DNA of 64,000 nucleotides, taken from NCBI GenBank assembly GCA_965248265.1, contig CBDFJF010000002.1:2592001-2656000 (forward strand), written 5' to 3'. The notes under the pieces are model-generated. The model ran no database searches. It was not told the origin of the DNA and saw only the letters and a list, made by a program, of their open reading frames with translations. The position numbers and the translations under genes are program-made. Below, one piece after another: positions 40,427 through 50,818 of the stretch (position 1 is its first letter; the number at the start of each line of letters is the position of its first letter). This DNA is from Candidatus Latescibacterota bacterium (GTDB lineage: Bacteria; Latescibacterota; UBA2968; UBA8231).

Positions 40427-40669
40427 TCAAGATTCGATCACGATCTCCGAGCGTTCGCAGTTCAGGCCGTTGCACAATCGTGTGACGATCTCCTCCTCTA
40501 CCTCGGTTTCGTTGCCAACGAGGATCTTTGTGAGGCGTTCGTAGCTGATGCCGACAAGATTCACGACCTGATGCTTGAAGAGGTAGTTCTGGCGCAACAT
40601 CACGCTCTTGATTGCCTGGGCGTCCAGAATGGCCATCCTTGTGTGTGCTTCGGCCTTATCGCCGGACAT
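40427..40669 (-). CDS. Small Cro/C1-type HTH protein
   Basis: 80 aa with GISYERLTKI...RLCNGLNC pattern. GGAGG RBS. Overlaps the upstream ORF. Confidence 0.6.
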   Translation of the reverse strand: MSGDKAEAHTRMAILDAQAIKSVMLRQNYLFKHQVVNLVGISYERLTKILVGNETEVEEEIVTRLCNGLNCERSEIVIES

Positions 40670-41336
40670 GGTCCTCCATTCTGCTCCGATCGGCTGGTTC
40701 CAGGTGTGGCTGGATCAGGGCCACGAATTCCTCCAGGGTTTGCTGTGGTGTCGTGGAAGACGTGTCGAGCACGAAACGGCGATCAATCAGTGAGCGTTCG
40801 AACTCCTCCTCGAACCGCCCAAGAACGATCTCGATGTCTTGTTCGCGTGGAAAGGGTTGGGGTTGGGTCGTTTCCAACCTTCGTTGGCGGATGACATCGG
40901 CGTCTGCCTTAAGGAAAACGAGCGTTGTGTCCGGTGCCGTCTCCATCACCATGGCGTCATACTTTCGGGCCATGACCTGACGGTCTCCATTCTCGCCCGA
41001 TCCGCCGAAATCGTAGTATAGCGGCCCATAAACGGCGTCGCCGTAGTACCAGCTGACGACACAGTGATCCGGCTTGGCGTAAAAGCTGGGATGGGTGTGA
41101 TAGTGGGCGACGTAGCGCATGTACTTTTCCACAATCTGCGGGTCGTTGAGCGTCAACAGTTTCAGATCAACGTCGACACGCTCCTTCTTCGGGCTCGTGT
41201 CCGCCGGATCCCACGGAAGGAAGTGGTCGTGGAAGCTGGTAGTACAGGATCCCATGGATTGCTCCATCCACTGCCGGATCTGCGCGGCCAGGGTTGTTTT
41301 ACCAGCGTACTCAGAGCCGATGATGATCAGTCGCAT
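40656..41336 (-). CDS. P-loop nucleotide-kinase-like hypothetical protein
   Basis: N-terminal IIIGSEYAGKTT (Walker A), LVFLKADADVIRQR, LDTS as in NMP/dTMP kinases. Confidence 0.65.
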   Translation of the reverse strand: MRLIIIGSEYAGKTTLAAQIRQWMEQSMGSCTTSFHDHFLPWDPADTSPKKERVDVDLKLLTLNDPQIVEKYMRYVAHYHTHPSFYAKPDHCVVSWYYGDAVYGPLYYDFGGSGENGDRQVMARKYDAMVMETAPDTTLVFLKADADVIRQRRLETTQPQPFPREQDIEIVLGRFEEEFERSLIDRRFVLDTSSTTPQQTLEEFVALIQPHLEPADRSRMEDHVRR

Positions 41337-41450
41337 CGATGATTCTCCCGGTCAAGCTGTTGAGATTCGTGTGTCTTCTATAATAATCCGCCGACCATAC
41401 TCACAAAGGAAGATAGTTACTTATTCAAGCGCGAGGGCTATCGTCAAGCG

Positions 41451-41487
41451 AAAAAACGGCCCTGCAACCGTTGCCGGTGCGGGGCCG
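41451..41487 (-). terminator. Rho-independent terminator of amtB-glnK
   Basis: Minus strand CGGCCCCGCA...TGCAGGGCCG hairpin followed by TTTTTT, 30 bp after the P-II stop. Confidence 0.8.
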
Positions 41488-41517
41488 CTTAGAATGCACT
41501 GCTCACATCTGGCAGAC

Positions 41518-41856
41518 TTACAGTGCGCTTTCTCCCGTTTCCCCGGTCCGCACGCGAACCGCGTCTTCAACAGGCACCACAAACACCTTGCCGTCGCCGA
41601 TTTCGCCGGTGTTTGAGGCCTTTACGATGGCGTCGACGGCTTGCTGCTTGTCGGATGCTTTGACGGCGATCTCCACCTTGATCTTGGGGACGAAGTCCAC
41701 CGTGTATTCGGCGCCGCGATACACCTCGCGGTGACCGCGCTGGCGACCAAATCCCCTCACTTCCAGCACGGACAGCCCGGCGATGCCAATCGCGGCCAGT
41801 GCCTCCTGGACCTTCTCCAGGGCAGCGGGGCGCAAGTATGCTTCGATCTTGAACAT
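41518..41856 (-). CDS. glnK: P-II nitrogen regulator (GlnK/GlnB)
   Basis: 112 aa: GFGRQRG..EVYRGAEY, TGEIGDGKVF, RVRTGE. Directly downstream of amtB. Confidence 0.93.
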   Translation of the reverse strand: MFKIEAYLRPAALEKVQEALAAIGIAGLSVLEVRGFGRQRGHREVYRGAEYTVDFVPKIKVEIAVKASDKQQAVDAIVKASNTGEIGDGKVFVVPVEDAVRVRTGETGESAL

Positions 41857-41885
41857 GGTTGGGTACTCTCCTTCCTCACTTCTCT

Positions 41886-43226
41886 TTAGTTGGCGGTGTG
41901 TTGGAAGTCGGCGTAGGCCGGCTGACCGTGCTCGCTCACATCCAGACCTTCGTCCTCCTCCTGCTCGCTGACACGGAATCCGAGTGTCATTTTGACGAGG
42001 CTGGCAAGAGTGAGTGAGGCAATGAAGGCGAAGGCGGCGTAGCAAAGAGTGCCGGTGAGCTGCGTGCCAAAGGTGTGCGCGGAATTCGTGCTGAAAATTC
42101 CAACAGCAACGGTACCCCAGATGCCGCAGATGCCGTGCACGGATATGGCGCCGACCGGGTCATCAATGCGAATGCGGTCGATGATGACGATGGCGAAAAC
42201 GACGATCACGCCCGCGATGAGCCCGATGAAGATGGATCCAACCCAGGTAACCGTGTCCGCACCGGCAGTGATGCCGACGAGTCCGGCCAGGATGCCGTTG
42301 AGGGCCATGCTGATGTCCGGCTTCTTGAGATAGGCCATCGATGTGAAGATCGAGGCCAGGGCACCCGCGGCCGCCGCCAGAGAAGTGGTCACGAACACGA
42401 GTGAAACCAAGCCTGGATCCGCGCTCAGTACCGAACCGCCGTTGAAGCCGAACCAACCCAACCAGAGCAGGAACACGCCGATAGTAGCCAGCGGCATGCT
42501 GTGGCCGAGAATCGGGCGAACTTCACCTGATTCAGAGTACTTGCCGCGGCGAGCGCCCAGAACCAGGACCGCTCCAAGGGCTGCAAATCCACCGAAGGCA
42601 TGGACGAGAGAGGAACCGGCGAAATCGTAGAAGCCCATCTGGTCGAGCCAACCGCCGCCCCACTTCCAGGAGCCGGCGATGGGGTAGAGAAAGGCAACCA
42701 GAATGGTCGCATACAGCATGAAGCCGGTGAGTTTAACACGCTCGGCGACTGCACCGGAGACGATGGTAGCTGCGGTAGCGGCGAACATGGCCTGGAAGAT
42801 GAAGTCGGACCAGTAGGTGTAATCGGCGTAGTTGGAGGTCAGATTGGCGACGTCGCCCTCGAATCCGATGGCTCCCTTAATGGCGAGAAAGCCGTTGAAG
42901 TCACCGGGGTACATCGTATTGAAACCGGTGAGGGCGTAGGTGATGATGCCGACGGAAATGACGAAGATATTCTTGAAGAGGATATTGACCGTGTTCTTTT
43001 GACGCGTCAGGCCACTCTCCAATGTGGCAAAGCCAAGGTGCATGACGAAAACGAGGGCGGCGGCAATCAATAACCAGAGGTTATCCACCATGAATTTCGG
43101 GTAGACCAGAGGCATGCTCTGAAATCCCTCCATAGTGGTTATGCCATCCGCCAGGACCTGGGAGGCCCCGCCGAGCACTACGGCCGCTGCGGCCAGTAAT
43201 GCGGTGAGTTTTGGTCGTACGGTCAT
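41886..43226 (-). CDS. amtB: Ammonium transporter
   Basis: FQAMFAAT, SGAVAER, DFAGSSLVH, GWFGFNGGS, DDPVGAISVHG. Start MTVRPK preceded by GAGGAAGG. Confidence 0.95.
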   Translation of the reverse strand: MTVRPKLTALLAAAAVVLGGASQVLADGITTMEGFQSMPLVYPKFMVDNLWLLIAAALVFVMHLGFATLESGLTRQKNTVNILFKNIFVISVGIITYALTGFNTMYPGDFNGFLAIKGAIGFEGDVANLTSNYADYTYWSDFIFQAMFAATAATIVSGAVAERVKLTGFMLYATILVAFLYPIAGSWKWGGGWLDQMGFYDFAGSSLVHAFGGFAALGAVLVLGARRGKYSESGEVRPILGHSMPLATIGVFLLWLGWFGFNGGSVLSADPGLVSLVFVTTSLAAAAGALASIFTSMAYLKKPDISMALNGILAGLVGITAGADTVTWVGSIFIGLIAGVIVVFAIVIIDRIRIDDPVGAISVHGICGIWGTVAVGIFSTNSAHTFGTQLTGTLCYAAFAFIASLTLASLVKMTLGFRVSEQEEDEGLDVSEHGQPAYADFQHTAN

Positions 43227-43360
43227 GACTCTATCCCTTCCTCGTGGGGTTTCTCCGTGTCCGCGAACCGACTCTTTCATGATAGCTGTCATCAAAGGGG
43301 TATCAGGCTGCGGGTCAGGAGGTGACTGCTAAGTCAGCGCTAACGATTCGAACTTGATTC

Positions 43361-43376
43361 AGCAAGGGATATGCCA
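43361..43376 (-). promoter_or_regulatory. Sigma-54 (-24/-12) promoter of amtB-glnK
   Basis: Minus strand TGGCATATCCCTTGCT matches TGGCA-N6-TTGCW with exact GG-N10-GC spacing. Confidence 0.85.
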
Positions 43377-43456
43377 CTGGAATACTGGCCATAAAATATT
43401 CCTTAAGTGGCAGTTTTTAACATGGTTACAGAAGTACACCAGCAGTTGTTCTAAGT

Positions 43457-43666
43457 GACAAAAATGTAGTTTTCGACTATATACTAGACAAATTTGTAAT
43501 GGAATCAGAATTGCCGGATGGCTGTTGCCTGGCCAGGATCGATGTAGAGAGAACGGCTGGCCCTAACCGCAAGGCCTTGTTTGCAAGTCCAATCGTGGGA
43601 AGGGGAGCGGCTCGAATCGGGAGACCGCAAACTCGTAAATATCCAGGTTGATCACGACAAAAATGT
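43457..43666. promoter_or_regulatory. Three GACA-N4-TGT boxes (candidate enhancer/operator)
   Basis: GACAAAAATGT 43457-43467, GACAAATTTGT 43487-43497, GACAAAAATGT 43656-43666. Confidence 0.6.
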
Positions 43667-43700
43667 GACTACGAGCCGCGGGATGAGCTCGTGTTGTGAA

Positions 43701-44462
43701 TCAGGATTTATCGGCTCTTACCATCCAGTCCCAGGGATAGGGCTGCCCCAGCGATTCGGGGACGTGATCGAGTTCCTCGGCCCAGGGGAATTCGACTCTA
43801 TCGATGGATGTGACGTTGAAGCCGACGCCCGACACCAACTGGCCAATCTCATCCTGCATGTAATGTTTGGTTGCAACGCCGCCGACACTGCAGATCCCTT
43901 CGACAAGCGAGTGAATCTCCTTGTCGGCTGCTCTGGACGCCGATCGTGTTGCCTTGCTTCTCTTGCCACCCTGCTCGACCCTGCACTCGATCAGCGTTTG
44001 ATAGATGCGCAGGTAGGACTCTAACGAGGGAACGACGAACACGGCGGCGCCATCGGTCTCTGTGTTTCGAAAAATTGATTTCGCAATCTGTTGCCGCTTC
44101 TTCGCGGCAGGGTGTATCAGGGCGTTGAAGCAGAAGCTGGCGCCGACCTTGAACGGTAGTTCGACCTTTTTGCAGAGATCCGATTGAATAAAATGAACGT
44201 TCTTCGACGACACTCTCTTCCTGGCCTCCGCCAGCAGTTTCCCGGCGAAGTCTACGGCAATGACCTTGTCGAAGTGGGCTGATAGCAGCGCGGTCGTGGC
44301 GCCCGCGCCACAGCCGAAATCCCCTGCTGTGTGATGAATCTCTCCAAGTTTTCTGATGCTTTCTCCCAGGTTGCCACTGGTTTCGTTGGCGGCAATGTCG
44401 AAAACTCTGGCATCAAAACGGTCTGCCAGATCATTCCAGTATGCCTTATTCATCAACCTCAC
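43701..44462 (-). CDS. Class I SAM-dependent methyltransferase
   Basis: YWNDLA, DFGCGAG, AVDFA motifs. Confidence 0.85.
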   Translation of the reverse strand: MRLMNKAYWNDLADRFDARVFDIAANETSGNLGESIRKLGEIHHTAGDFGCGAGATTALLSAHFDKVIAVDFAGKLLAEARKRVSSKNVHFIQSDLCKKVELPFKVGASFCFNALIHPAAKKRQQIAKSIFRNTETDGAAVFVVPSLESYLRIYQTLIECRVEQGGKRSKATRSASRAADKEIHSLVEGICSVGGVATKHYMQDEIGQLVSGVGFNVTSIDRVEFPWAEELDHVPESLGQPYPWDWMVRADKS

Positions 44463-44542
44463 TCCCCCTCTGACATGGTCCCGCTCAAGGCCCCATCATG
44501 ACGCCACGGTCTGACGGCTGCTGAGCCTCAGGAGAGTGGGTG

Positions 44543-46726
44543 TTACCTGATGAACAGCATCTCCTGATAGGTCGGCAGCGGCCACAAGTCATCGGCCACC
44601 ACTCCTTCGAGCGCGTCGCCATGCTCGCGCACTCCGAGCATGGCCGGAAGAATGGTGTTGCAGGCATGCTTCGCTTCCGCCATCATGGTCTTGGCGTGAC
44701 CACCATTCAAGGCAGCTTCGAGGGCGGTGACGCTCTTCTGCAGCTTCCCGATCAAGTCAGTCACTTCGTTGAGGGTCGCGGTGTCGGGTTTAGCGCCGGC
44801 GGCCTTGAGGTTGGCACTGGCAGCGGCCAGCTCGCTCTGGTAGCGCATGGCAGCCGGGTAGATGACGGTCTTGGCCATCTCCACTACCGTCCTGGCCTCA
44901 ACGCCCACGGTCATGCAGTACTGTTCCAGATAGACCTCCAGCCGACTGGCGAGCTCGCGGCGACTGAGCACTTTGTACTGGCTAAAGACGGAGATCACTT
45001 CTTTCGAAGTCAGGACCGGCAAGGCATCCACCGAAGTCTTGAGGTTGGGCAGGCCGCGCTTGGCCGCTTCGGCGTGCCAGTCTTCTGTGTAATTGTCGCC
45101 GTTGAAGATGACCCGGCCATGTTTGGTGACGATCTCTTTGAGCAGCTTTTGCACCGCGGCGTTGAGCTTTTTCGGATCGCCCTTCGTGGCTTTTTCAAGC
45201 TCAGTGGCGCAGTGGTCCAGTGACGCCGCGATGATCGTGTTCATCGCCACCAATGGGCCAGCGATTGACTGATTGGAAGCAACCGCGCGGAACTCGAAGC
45301 GGTTGCCGGTAAAGGCGAACGGGCTGGTGCGGTTGCGGTCGCCGGCATCCTTGGGCAGCGGGGGTAAGACATCGACGCCGACGTTGAGGGTGCCGCTCTT
45401 CTTCGAGGTTTTGGCTCCGCCCTTTCTTATCTGCTCGAAAACATCGGTAAGCTGGTCGCCCAGGAAGATGGAGATGATCGCGGGTGGAGCTTCGTTAGCT
45501 CCCAGGCGGTGGTCATTGCCGGCCGAAGCGATGACGGCGCGCAGCAATGGGGCAAAGCTGTCGACGGCGCGAATGATGGCGGCGCAGAAGACGAGAAACT
45601 GGGCGTTGGCATGGGGTGTGTCGCCCGGATCCAGCAGGTTACCCTGGGTGCTGTTCCCGAGAGAAAAATTAACATGCTTACCTGAGCCGTTGACTCCGGC
45701 AAAAGGCTTTTCGTGGGTCAGGCAAGCCATGCCGTACTTTTTGGCGATTCGACCCAGCGTGATCATGACTAACTGCTGATGATCCGTGGCGATGTTGCTG
45801 GTTTCGAAGGTTGGTGCGATCTCGTACTGACCCGGGGCGACTTCGTTGTGACGGGTCTTGATCGGAATGCCCAGCTTGAATAATTCACGCTCGCATTCGA
45901 GCATACAGGCCAGCACGCGTTCGGGAATGGCGCCGAAGTAATGGTCGTCGAACTCCTGCCCCTTTGGAGGCAGGGCACCGAAGAGGGTTCGACCGGTGTT
46001 GAGCAGATCAGGCCGACTGAAAAAGAAGTTGCGGTCGACGAGGAAGTATTCCTGCTCGGGTCCGGCCGTTGAAGCGACATGACCGATATCGCTGTGGCCG
46101 AAGAGGCTCAGTATGCGTTTGGCCTGGGTGTTGAGTGCCTGCATCGAACGCAGGACGGGAGTCTTCTTGTCCAGGGCTTCGCCGGTCCACGAAATGAAGG
46201 CAGTCGGGATGCACAGGGTCGTCCCGTTGGGGTTTTCGAGAATATAGGCCGGGCTGGTCACGTCCCAGGCGGTGTAGCCACGGGCCTCGAAGGTCTGGCG
46301 GATACCGCCGGACGGAAAGCTGGACGCATCCGGTTCGCCCTGGATCAACTGATCGCCGGAGAATTCGCTCAGCGCACTGCCTGCCCGATCCGGGACCAGG
46401 AAGCTGTCGTGTTTTTCTGCCGTCGATCCGGTGAGAGGGTAAAAGACATGGGTGTAGTGCGTGGCGCCTTTCTCGATGGCCCAATCCTTCATGGCAGCGG
46501 CGACGACATCGGCGACTGAGCTGTCCAGCTTGGCCCCGTCGTCGATGGTTTTGCTAATGGATTTTACGATCTCTTTGGGCAGGCGCTGCTTCATCACCTT
46601 GACGCTGAAGACATTGGAACCGAAGAGTTCGCCCGCCGGAGTTTCCGCGAAATTCAGCGGCGGCGACATGGGACGGTAGTTGTTGACAGCTTCGATGGCG
46701 CGTAATCTGGCACTGCTTCCACTCAT
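44543..46726 (-). CDS. glnA: Glutamine synthetase type III
   Basis: 727 aa: [71 protein letters not shown]. Confidence 0.96.
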   Translation of the reverse strand: MSGSSARLRAIEAVNNYRPMSPPLNFAETPAGELFGSNVFSVKVMKQRLPKEIVKSISKTIDDGAKLDSSVADVVAAAMKDWAIEKGATHYTHVFYPLTGSTAEKHDSFLVPDRAGSALSEFSGDQLIQGEPDASSFPSGGIRQTFEARGYTAWDVTSPAYILENPNGTTLCIPTAFISWTGEALDKKTPVLRSMQALNTQAKRILSLFGHSDIGHVASTAGPEQEYFLVDRNFFFSRPDLLNTGRTLFGALPPKGQEFDDHYFGAIPERVLACMLECERELFKLGIPIKTRHNEVAPGQYEIAPTFETSNIATDHQQLVMITLGRIAKKYGMACLTHEKPFAGVNGSGKHVNFSLGNSTQGNLLDPGDTPHANAQFLVFCAAIIRAVDSFAPLLRAVIASAGNDHRLGANEAPPAIISIFLGDQLTDVFEQIRKGGAKTSKKSGTLNVGVDVLPPLPKDAGDRNRTSPFAFTGNRFEFRAVASNQSIAGPLVAMNTIIAASLDHCATELEKATKGDPKKLNAAVQKLLKEIVTKHGRVIFNGDNYTEDWHAEAAKRGLPNLKTSVDALPVLTSKEVISVFSQYKVLSRRELASRLEVYLEQYCMTVGVEARTVVEMAKTVIYPAAMRYQSELAAASANLKAAGAKPDTATLNEVTDLIGKLQKSVTALEAALNGGHAKTMMAEAKHACNTILPAMLGVREHGDALEGVVADDLWPLPTYQEMLFIR

Positions 46727-46789
46727 TTTCTCTTTCTCTCCTTAAAAGACACATGCGGTCACTGGTTAGAGCATATCAAACATCGATTG

Positions 46790-46805
46790 AGCAATTCGTG
46801 ATCCA
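46790..46805 (-). promoter_or_regulatory. Sigma-54 (-24/-12) promoter of GSIII
   Basis: Minus strand TGGATCACGAATTGCT with GG-N10-GC spacing, about 65 bp upstream of the ATG. Confidence 0.7.
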
Positions 46806-46937
46806 CTCAATAGAAAAAGATGAAATGCCGGGATTGTTGGGAATAGTTCACGTTAACATGTTGTTTATAAACAAATTGACTATTCGCCTCGTGGACGACC
46901 GTGATGATGCAATAGTGTCAGATCCTCACAAAAAGAA

Positions 46938-47095
46938 ACATTTTTGTCGAAATAATAACGAACGCGGCCTTGCTGTGGCCAGGGCGACCAAGATAGGGCG
47001 CTCGCCCGTACCAGCAGATCGCGACACATTTAGACGTAGTGAGCCAAGGCGCGCTCATTTATGTAGCATGACGGTTCGATGTGACAATTATGTCA
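46938..47095. promoter_or_regulatory. Two GACA-N4-TGT boxes upstream of GSIII
   Basis: ACATTTTTGTC 46938-46948 (reverse complement GACAAAAATGT) and palindromic TGACAATTATGTCA 47082-47095. Confidence 0.6.
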
Positions 47096-47272
47096 TTTTG
47101 TGGCCGGAACGAGGACAGAGTATAAATCAGAGTATGCCATTGACGCAATCGATGCCGCACCAGTCTGGCGTCCGGGACGGTCGCCGGGAGTTGATGACGT
47201 GGGTTACCCGGGTCTGACGATGGCAGGGAAACACTCTACAATGGTGTCTCCCTGCCCGACGAGTCGCGGGAA

Positions 47273-47956
47273 TCAGGCGAAGTGCAGTGGCTGGAAGTAG
47301 GCCGGCTGGTGGTAGCTGGGCGAATCGGATTCGATCGGCGCCCAACTTCCCCAATGCGGGTGCGAGGTCAGACCACCGCACTTGTAGAAGTTCGCCTTCC
47401 ACTCAGTGCCTGTGGACGGCGGCGGACAGTCCACGAAGTAACGGTGGAAGAGCTCGAGGGGAATGTGGTATTCGAGGCACCAGGTAGTGGGCTCGGTAAT
47501 CTCGGGCTCGATAATTTTCGGCAACGTGCTGGCAACGGTGACGATGCTGGCATCACTCTCAGCCAGCAGACCGTTTGACCGACTCCACTCGCGCTCGGCC
47601 GTGGATGAGCAACGCCGCAGCAGCATGGTGCCACCGCAGCTCAACTCGAAGTTGAAGTAGGCATCCGTCTGCCCCATGGCGTAGGGGCTGACGAAGAACT
47701 CGACGCAGCTGTCGTTACTCACGGGGTCGCCGAAATTCTCGGCCACGGCTCGAACGTAGCGGTCTTCCACCCGGAAGATGAGGGCGAGATGGCCGTCGTC
47801 GTAAAGGAGACGCGCCTGCGTGGGAGGGTGGTGGCCCGAGTCCTCCCAACGGTAGATGGCAATATCCAGCGTGTCCGCGGCTTGCCAGAGTTCCGCCTCC
47901 CAGTTCGCTGTCGGGTTGCCAAGAGCCTGCTGTGCTCTGTGAATCGTGTATTTCAT
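47273..47956 (-). CDS. Carbohydrate-binding family 9-like protein
   Basis: ARLLYD, DSCVEFF, YFNFE, WKANFYKCG, HWGSWAP...HQP.F. Confidence 0.82.
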   Translation of the reverse strand: MKYTIHRAQQALGNPTANWEAELWQAADTLDIAIYRWEDSGHHPPTQARLLYDDGHLALIFRVEDRYVRAVAENFGDPVSNDSCVEFFVSPYAMGQTDAYFNFELSCGGTMLLRRCSSTAEREWSRSNGLLAESDASIVTVASTLPKIIEPEITEPTTWCLEYHIPLELFHRYFVDCPPPSTGTEWKANFYKCGGLTSHPHWGSWAPIESDSPSYHQPAYFQPLHFA

Positions 47957-48009
47957 CGTCAGAAGGACACTTCGTTGAGTCGGATTTGGTGGAATCGAAG
48001 TCGGTGCAC

Positions 48010-48447
48010 GACGGGCTTAGCCTGCATCACTATCGCAGGAGTAGCAACCTTCGGGTTTCCTGCCACGGGGGCGCTGAAGGATATGCACTCGCAAAACATC
48101 CCGAGGCGGACTATCATCATCCGACCATCGGGCCTCAAGACCAAACATATCCAGCCGGTTTGAGCCGCGCCACGTCGAGGCACCTTGCCAAGTGATGGGA
48201 AAGGGTCCCACCCGTGTGTGTTTCTCCTGCACGGCTGGTCGGGCTCGAAGTCAAGCTGGTGGGAGGATGACGGCTATACGGGTACGCTCCGGTGAATATC
48301 CATCAAGAGCCGGGGGCTCCGTTGCGAAAGGGGTTGCGAGCGCTAATGCCGGAGTCAACATCGGAGCTCATTTTTTACGAGGCCGGACATCAGTTGCCGG
48401 CAGCCTACGTGGAGGACGCGCTGGCGTGGTTCGAGAATCATCTGTGA
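48010..48447 (+). pseudogene. Degraded alpha/beta-hydrolase remnant
   Basis: Manual translation of the end gives FYEAGHQLPAAYVEDALAWFENHL* (catalytic-His region). The upstream part is broken by stops and frameshifts; the start coordinate is approximate. Confidence 0.45.
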
Positions 48448-48494
48448 AGGCCGAAGAAACCGGCGTTTGCTCTCGCTAAAAGGATAGGAAGCCC

Positions 48495-49373
48495 ATGAAA
48501 ATCGGAGTCAGCTCATACAGTTTCAGTCGTCTGGTCGGGGCGGGAGAGATGGAGCAACTGGCCGTCATTGCCAAGGCCAAGGAGATCGGTTTCGACGTCA
48601 TCGAGTTCTCCACCATCGCGGTGCCCAAGGGGAAGGCCCTTGCTGAATACGCTGGTGAGCTTAGAGAAGAAGCAGCCCGGGTGGGAATCGGGATCGCCAG
48701 TTACACGATCGGGGCGGATTTCTTGAAGGGATCCGACGGTGACTTACAGGCCGAAGTCGAGCGCGTCAGAGGTGAAGTCGATGTCGCCGAGATCCTTGGA
48801 TCTCCCGGAATGCGGCACGACGCCTCCGGCGGCTGGCCCGCCGACCACGCCGGTCCTAAGAGCTTCGAGGCGGCCCTTCCACGGCTGGCGGAAGGTTGTC
48901 GGGAGGTCACCGAGTACGCGGCGGCAAAGGGCATCAAGACCATGGTGGAAAACCACGGCCGTTTCTGCCAGGACAGTGTCCGGGTAGAGCAACTCGTCAC
49001 CGCTGTCGATAACGAGAATTTCGGGGTCCTCATCGACATGGGGAATTTTCTCTGCGCCGATGACGATCCGACGATGGCGGTGGGGCGGCTGATGCCCTAC
49101 GGGTTCCACTGTCATGCCAAGGACTTCCACGTAAAGCCCGGGACGGATGTGTTTCCCGGCAAGGGTTGGTTCGAGTCGCGAGGCGGCAACTATCTGCGCG
49201 GGGCGATCATCGGTCATGGCAATGTACCGATTCTCCAGTGCCTGAAGATCATGCATCGGGAGGGGTTTCAGGGGGTGCTGTCCATCGAATACGAGGGCAT
49301 CGAGGATGTGCTGATGGGTATTCAGGCCGGACACGACAATCTGCGGCGATTGGTGAGCATGGTGACGGGCTGA
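48495..49373 (+). CDS. Sugar phosphate isomerase/epimerase (xylose isomerase-like TIM barrel)
   Basis: ENHG, DMGNF, HAKDF, SIEYEG. Confidence 0.9.
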   Translation: MKIGVSSYSFSRLVGAGEMEQLAVIAKAKEIGFDVIEFSTIAVPKGKALAEYAGELREEAARVGIGIASYTIGADFLKGSDGDLQAEVERVRGEVDVAEILGSPGMRHDASGGWPADHAGPKSFEAALPRLAEGCREVTEYAAAKGIKTMVENHGRFCQDSVRVEQLVTAVDNENFGVLIDMGNFLCADDDPTMAVGRLMPYGFHCHAKDFHVKPGTDVFPGKGWFESRGGNYLRGAIIGHGNVPILQCLKIMHREGFQGVLSIEYEGIEDVLMGIQAGHDNLRRLVSMVTG

Positions 49374-49487
49374 TCTTCAACACCTCGGCCGGTTCCGCTA
49401 TTTCGGGCAGTCGACGGCACGCTACGTAGTTTAAGGCACGATACACTTTTGAACATTGTGTCCACGGCACAGTTTGAGAGAATCATC

Positions 49488-50735
49488 ATGAAAATCGCTT
49501 CCATTCGCGACTACCCACTGCAGATGACGTTCATTCCTGCGGTGGCAGACAATATGCGTCGGGCGACAACACACAATGAACGCTTAATAGTCTATCGAGT
49601 TGAACTGGACAACGGGATAGTCGGATGGGGTGAGCGCCAGGGCGAATCGGATCTATCCGAGTTCGTTGGACGCAATCCAATGGAGCTGCTCCACGGCCTG
49701 GCTCCAGAGGTCCTACGCATGGCCTGCTTCGACGCCGTGGGAAAGTCGCTGGATGTTCCGGCCCATGTCCTGATGGGCGTGCAGCGGCGGCCTCGGATTC
49801 CATTCGCTTACTGGACCATCGACCTGCCGCCGGACCTGTTCGGGCAACAGATCCGCTATGCCGCGGACCTGGGCTACAAGACCTACAAATTCAAGGTCAG
49901 ACCCTGGTGGGATGTGATCGCGCAGGCCGAGAGCGCCGCCGAGCACGCGCCGCCGGGATTCAAGATCTGGATGGATTTCAACGGTCACTTGCGGGATGCC
50001 CACCAGGCCGTTCCGATTCTGAAAAAGCTCCAGGAGTTCGAATGCATCGGCGGTATCGAATCGCCGATTCCGCAACGCGATGTGCCGGGCTACGAACGGA
50101 TTCGCTCCATCATCGACCTTCCCATTGCCCTGCACTACGGTTCGGGTTGCTGTCACGTCATTTCAGATCTCTCCTACGACAAGGGTGTGTCGGCCGAAAG
50201 GCAGATTCACGAGAACCTGTGTGACGGATTCGTATTGGGCGGTGACTCCGACACCTTTGGTGTCGACCAGGTCTGCTACGAGAACCGGAAGGTATTCTGG
50301 ATTCAGTCGATCGGGAGTTCGCTGCGTACGGCTTTTGTTGCCCACACCTCTTCCGTATGCCGGCAGACGACGCTGTCCTCGATGTCAGGTCACGCGCTCT
50401 GGGAAAAGGATGTGGTCGCTGATCCGCTAGCTCCGGTCGACGGCTACCTACCGGTGCCGTCCGGTCCTGGTTTGGGCATCGAACCGGACGAAGCCCTGCT
50501 GGAGGAACTTGGCAAACCCGAGCCGCCACGGGTTCGACGGATATCGACCGTGGTCTATCCATCCGGCGTTCGGTGGAGTTTCTCGGATGAACAGGTGCGG
50601 CATGAGGCCTTCTATTTCGGTGTGCTTCCAGGCTTTGTGCGGGGGATACATCTCGAGGTAGAGGAGGATGACGGATCAAAAGATTTCGACAAGCGTTTCA
50701 CGGAATGCGGACAGACACCCCGCGTGACGGGGTAG
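49488..50735 (+). CDS. Mandelate racemase/muconate lactonizing (enolase superfamily) enzyme
   Basis: GWGE, KFK, DFNG, ESP, PGLGIE. Has an extra C-terminal extension. Confidence 0.85.
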   Translation: MKIASIRDYPLQMTFIPAVADNMRRATTHNERLIVYRVELDNGIVGWGERQGESDLSEFVGRNPMELLHGLAPEVLRMACFDAVGKSLDVPAHVLMGVQRRPRIPFAYWTIDLPPDLFGQQIRYAADLGYKTYKFKVRPWWDVIAQAESAAEHAPPGFKIWMDFNGHLRDAHQAVPILKKLQEFECIGGIESPIPQRDVPGYERIRSIIDLPIALHYGSGCCHVISDLSYDKGVSAERQIHENLCDGFVLGGDSDTFGVDQVCYENRKVFWIQSIGSSLRTAFVAHTSSVCRQTTLSSMSGHALWEKDVVADPLAPVDGYLPVPSGPGLGIEPDEALLEELGKPEPPRVRRISTVVYPSGVRWSFSDEQVRHEAFYFGVLPGFVRGIHLEVEEDDGSKDFDKRFTECGQTPRVTG

Positions 50736-50818
50736 ATGTCTAAACGATCTGGAAGAGTTGCCCGATGCGGAAGCCAGCTATGAATTCGGTGCCGTGGCGC
50801 TGTACCGAAAGCGACGAG

